Below the pieces are notes generated by a model, which was given only the letters and a program-made list of their open reading frames with translations, searched no databases and was not told where the DNA came from. From Meyerozyma guilliermondii (taxonomy: Eukaryota), in NCBI GenBank assembly GCA_051546255.1, contig CP128815.1, positions 1,550,001-1,614,000 on the forward strand: 64,000 nucleotides of DNA, read 5' to 3'. This document shows positions 62,019 through 64,000 of the stretch, piece by piece (the first letter of the stretch is position 1; every line of letters starts with the position of its first letter). The position numbers and the translations under genes were made by a program.

Positions 62019-62705
62019 ATGCAATTCTCCAAGATTATCGGTTCCTTAGTGTCGGCTTCGTTGATAACAAATGTGATGGGTGCTCCACATGAAGCTAAAA
62101 AACGTGATGATGATGACGATCCTGTGGTGGTTCACATTAAGACTACGGTGCAAAACACACAAACAAATGTCCATACCGTGGAAGGAAAGGTGCAAACTAA
62201 AACAAATTGGATTGTTGATACTTCAACTGCCACTGTTACCAGTTATACAGCCACCGTCACTTCCACAGTTTTTGGAACTCCTTATACGTTTGTTACGGTT
62301 GCTACTACTCCGATTGATGTGTCCAGTTTGTCTTTGCCAACTGAAATTGCTGCGCAAACCGAAATTGAAACTACTCAAGCAAAGGCTGCAACCACACCCA
62401 CAACGGTCCCAACTACAACGGCTCCAACCACAACCACTTCCACTTCCGTGACTCCAAAAGCTTCCGCTGCCGTCACCCAGACAACCTCTACCGAAGTGGC
62501 CGAAGTTACCGACTCCAATGACGGACCAACCATCACCGATAGCAACAATATTCCAACGTCAACCGACTCATGGATTATTGAAAATGTCACCACCATGACT
62601 TCCGACAGCGTCTGTTACGTCAATTACGATTACTACTACGCATCCGAAGCCGACGAAACCATAACATCCACATCCACCATCTATACCACCGTTACTCGTT
62701 CTTGA
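62019..62705 (+). CDS. Secreted Thr/Ser-rich protein with Kex2-type site
   Basis: Signal peptide, KKR|DDDDD, Thr-rich body, aromatic CYVNYDYYY motif, no GPI tail; TATATATAA at 61861. Confidence 0.8.
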   Translation: MQFSKIIGSLVSASLITNVMGAPHEAKKRDDDDDPVVVHIKTTVQNTQTNVHTVEGKVQTKTNWIVDTSTATVTSYTATVTSTVFGTPYTFVTVATTPIDVSSLSLPTEIAAQTEIETTQAKAATTPTTVPTTTAPTTTTSTSVTPKASAAVTQTTSTEVAEVTDSNDGPTITDSNNIPTSTDSWIIENVTTMTSDSVCYVNYDYYYASEADETITSTSTIYTTVTRS

Positions 62706-62946
62706 TCGTTACCGTTCTTGACGAATCGGGCATGTATATTAGATGGCGTTTGGGACTTGTTGAATTGTATGCTCTCTCTCACTAGGGCCCTGTTCTTCTC
62801 TTCTAACGCTATGATTTGATTCTTGTCCTCGGGACTTTTTTAATAAATGTGATAAGATACAAGATGTAGTTACTATTTGCAGCCAAATGATTGTGTTATA
62901 TACTGCACACAGAATATGCTCGCTCGCGCTCTCTCGCTCAGACTTG

Positions 62947-63016
62947 TTAGGGCCGCGCCCTTGCCCCATTCACGTGCGCGCACATTTGTGTCACTGGCCC
63001 AATCTCAAAATTTTCA
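62947..63016. promoter_or_regulatory. RPL42 promoter: Tbf1-type palindrome, Cbf1 site, RRPE
   Basis: TT-AGGG-CCGCG-CCCT 62947-62961; TCACGTG 62970-62976; AAAATTTTCA 63007-63016. Confidence 0.7.
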
Positions 63017-63059
63017 CTGCGAATAACTCAAGGACTCACTTCGGTAACTTAATAATACA

Positions 63060-63517
63060 ATGGGTAAGTAAATTCTGAGGATTGGAGACGAGGTTTCGTC
63101 GGTGACACTACATATATACATAGTCTCCATCAGACAGATTCCTTCATCATCCAATAGTGGTCATAGATCCATCTTCCACACGTTACCCATACTAACTCAG
63201 TGAACGTTCCAAAGACCAGAAGAACCTACTGCAAGGGTAAAGACTGCCGTAAGCACACCCAACACAAGGTGACCCAATACAAGGCAGGTAAGGCCTCTTT
63301 GTTCGCCCAGGGTAAGAGAAGATATGACCGTAAGCAATCCGGTTTCGGTGGTCAAACCAAGCCCGTTTTCCACAAGAAAGCCAAGACTACCAAGAAGGTT
63401 GTGTTGAGATTGGAATGTGTTGTTTGCAAGACCAAGGCTCAACTCTCATTGAAGAGATGTAAGCACTTTGAATTGGGAGGTGACAAGAAGCAAAAGGGTC
63501 AAGCTTTACAATTTTAA
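63060..63517 (+). CDS. RPL42: 60S ribosomal protein L42 (eL42, 106 aa); exons 63060-63063 and 63201-63517
   Basis: A 137-nt intron 63064-63200 (GTAAGT...TACTAAC-TCAG) gives [12 protein letters not shown]...[17 protein letters not shown]. Confidence 0.97.
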
Positions 63518-64000
63518 GCTTATCATGTAGTAATATACACGAGAAAGAGGAAATGTAGAAAACATACAGAGCACCAGAAGCAACAAATGGAGGAAATGAG
63601 AAAGGTTTAGAATAGAGACGGAAGAGTTAGATTGACCTACAAGGTGAGACATTATATGCAGTGCACCACAATGAAAAGAACTCGACTAATTTGGTCACCG
63701 TTCGGTCAAATCGTTCCTAAGCTCATGTATATTCAGTTTCGACCCCATTGTCTACTATACTCTCCCCCGCTTTCCCTTTTCATCATTTTTAAATTTAAGC
63801 CCTCGTCCTTCCCCTCCGCCTTTTCTTCCAATTTCGCACAACTCTCCTAATTCTCCACTGCACAAAATACACTCCTCGCGCTGTTATTGTTCGTGTCGGC
63901 ATCATTCGCGTTTCACCTGGCAACGTTTTTTATTCCTCTAACATCGTGTTTTACTTGAGTTAGGGGATCAACTCGGGTTATTTTTGCAAGTCACTCATTG

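Noticed and set aside
1..64000. Transposons, LTRs, CRISPR arrays, rRNA
   Set aside because: None seen: no RT/integrase/DDE ORF, no LTR-like direct repeats near the tRNAs, no spacer-repeat arrays.

Overview
Gene-dense eukaryotic (budding yeast) genomic window from a CUG-Ser clade species. Conserved Ser positions in MIP1, ATG15, DBP9 and VPS60 are encoded by CTG, so 'L' in the ORF track is sometimes S. A Meyerozyma/Debaryomycetaceae-like origin is a guess. About 36 protein genes and 2 tRNA genes are supported, nearly all housekeeping. Seven genes have spliceosomal introns that the ORF track misses or truncates: FPG1, HCH1, RPL32, ROX3, TIF3, HYP2 and RPL42. The track also misses the edge-truncated MAE1 and a 38-aa PMP1/2 proteolipid. 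No transposon, CRISPR or rRNA was seen. Most notable: (1) a Tysnd1/DEG15-like tandem-trypsin protease ending in a PTS1-like PKL, a candidate peroxisomal processing protease; (2) an intron-containing tRNA-Met inside the 233-bp FPG1/VPS60 divergent promoter, ending 28 nt before the FPG1 ATG; (3) an RPL32 start codon created only by splicing (A^TG); (4) a BED-finger factor with an hAT-transposase-like remnant; (5) a two-domain GPI-less Pga31/Rhd3-like wall protein with a dense stress-responsive promoter; (6) Tbf1/Cbf1-type ribosomal-protein promoters; (7) several gene neighbourhoods shared with S. cerevisiae. All homology calls are from motif recognition, not database searches.
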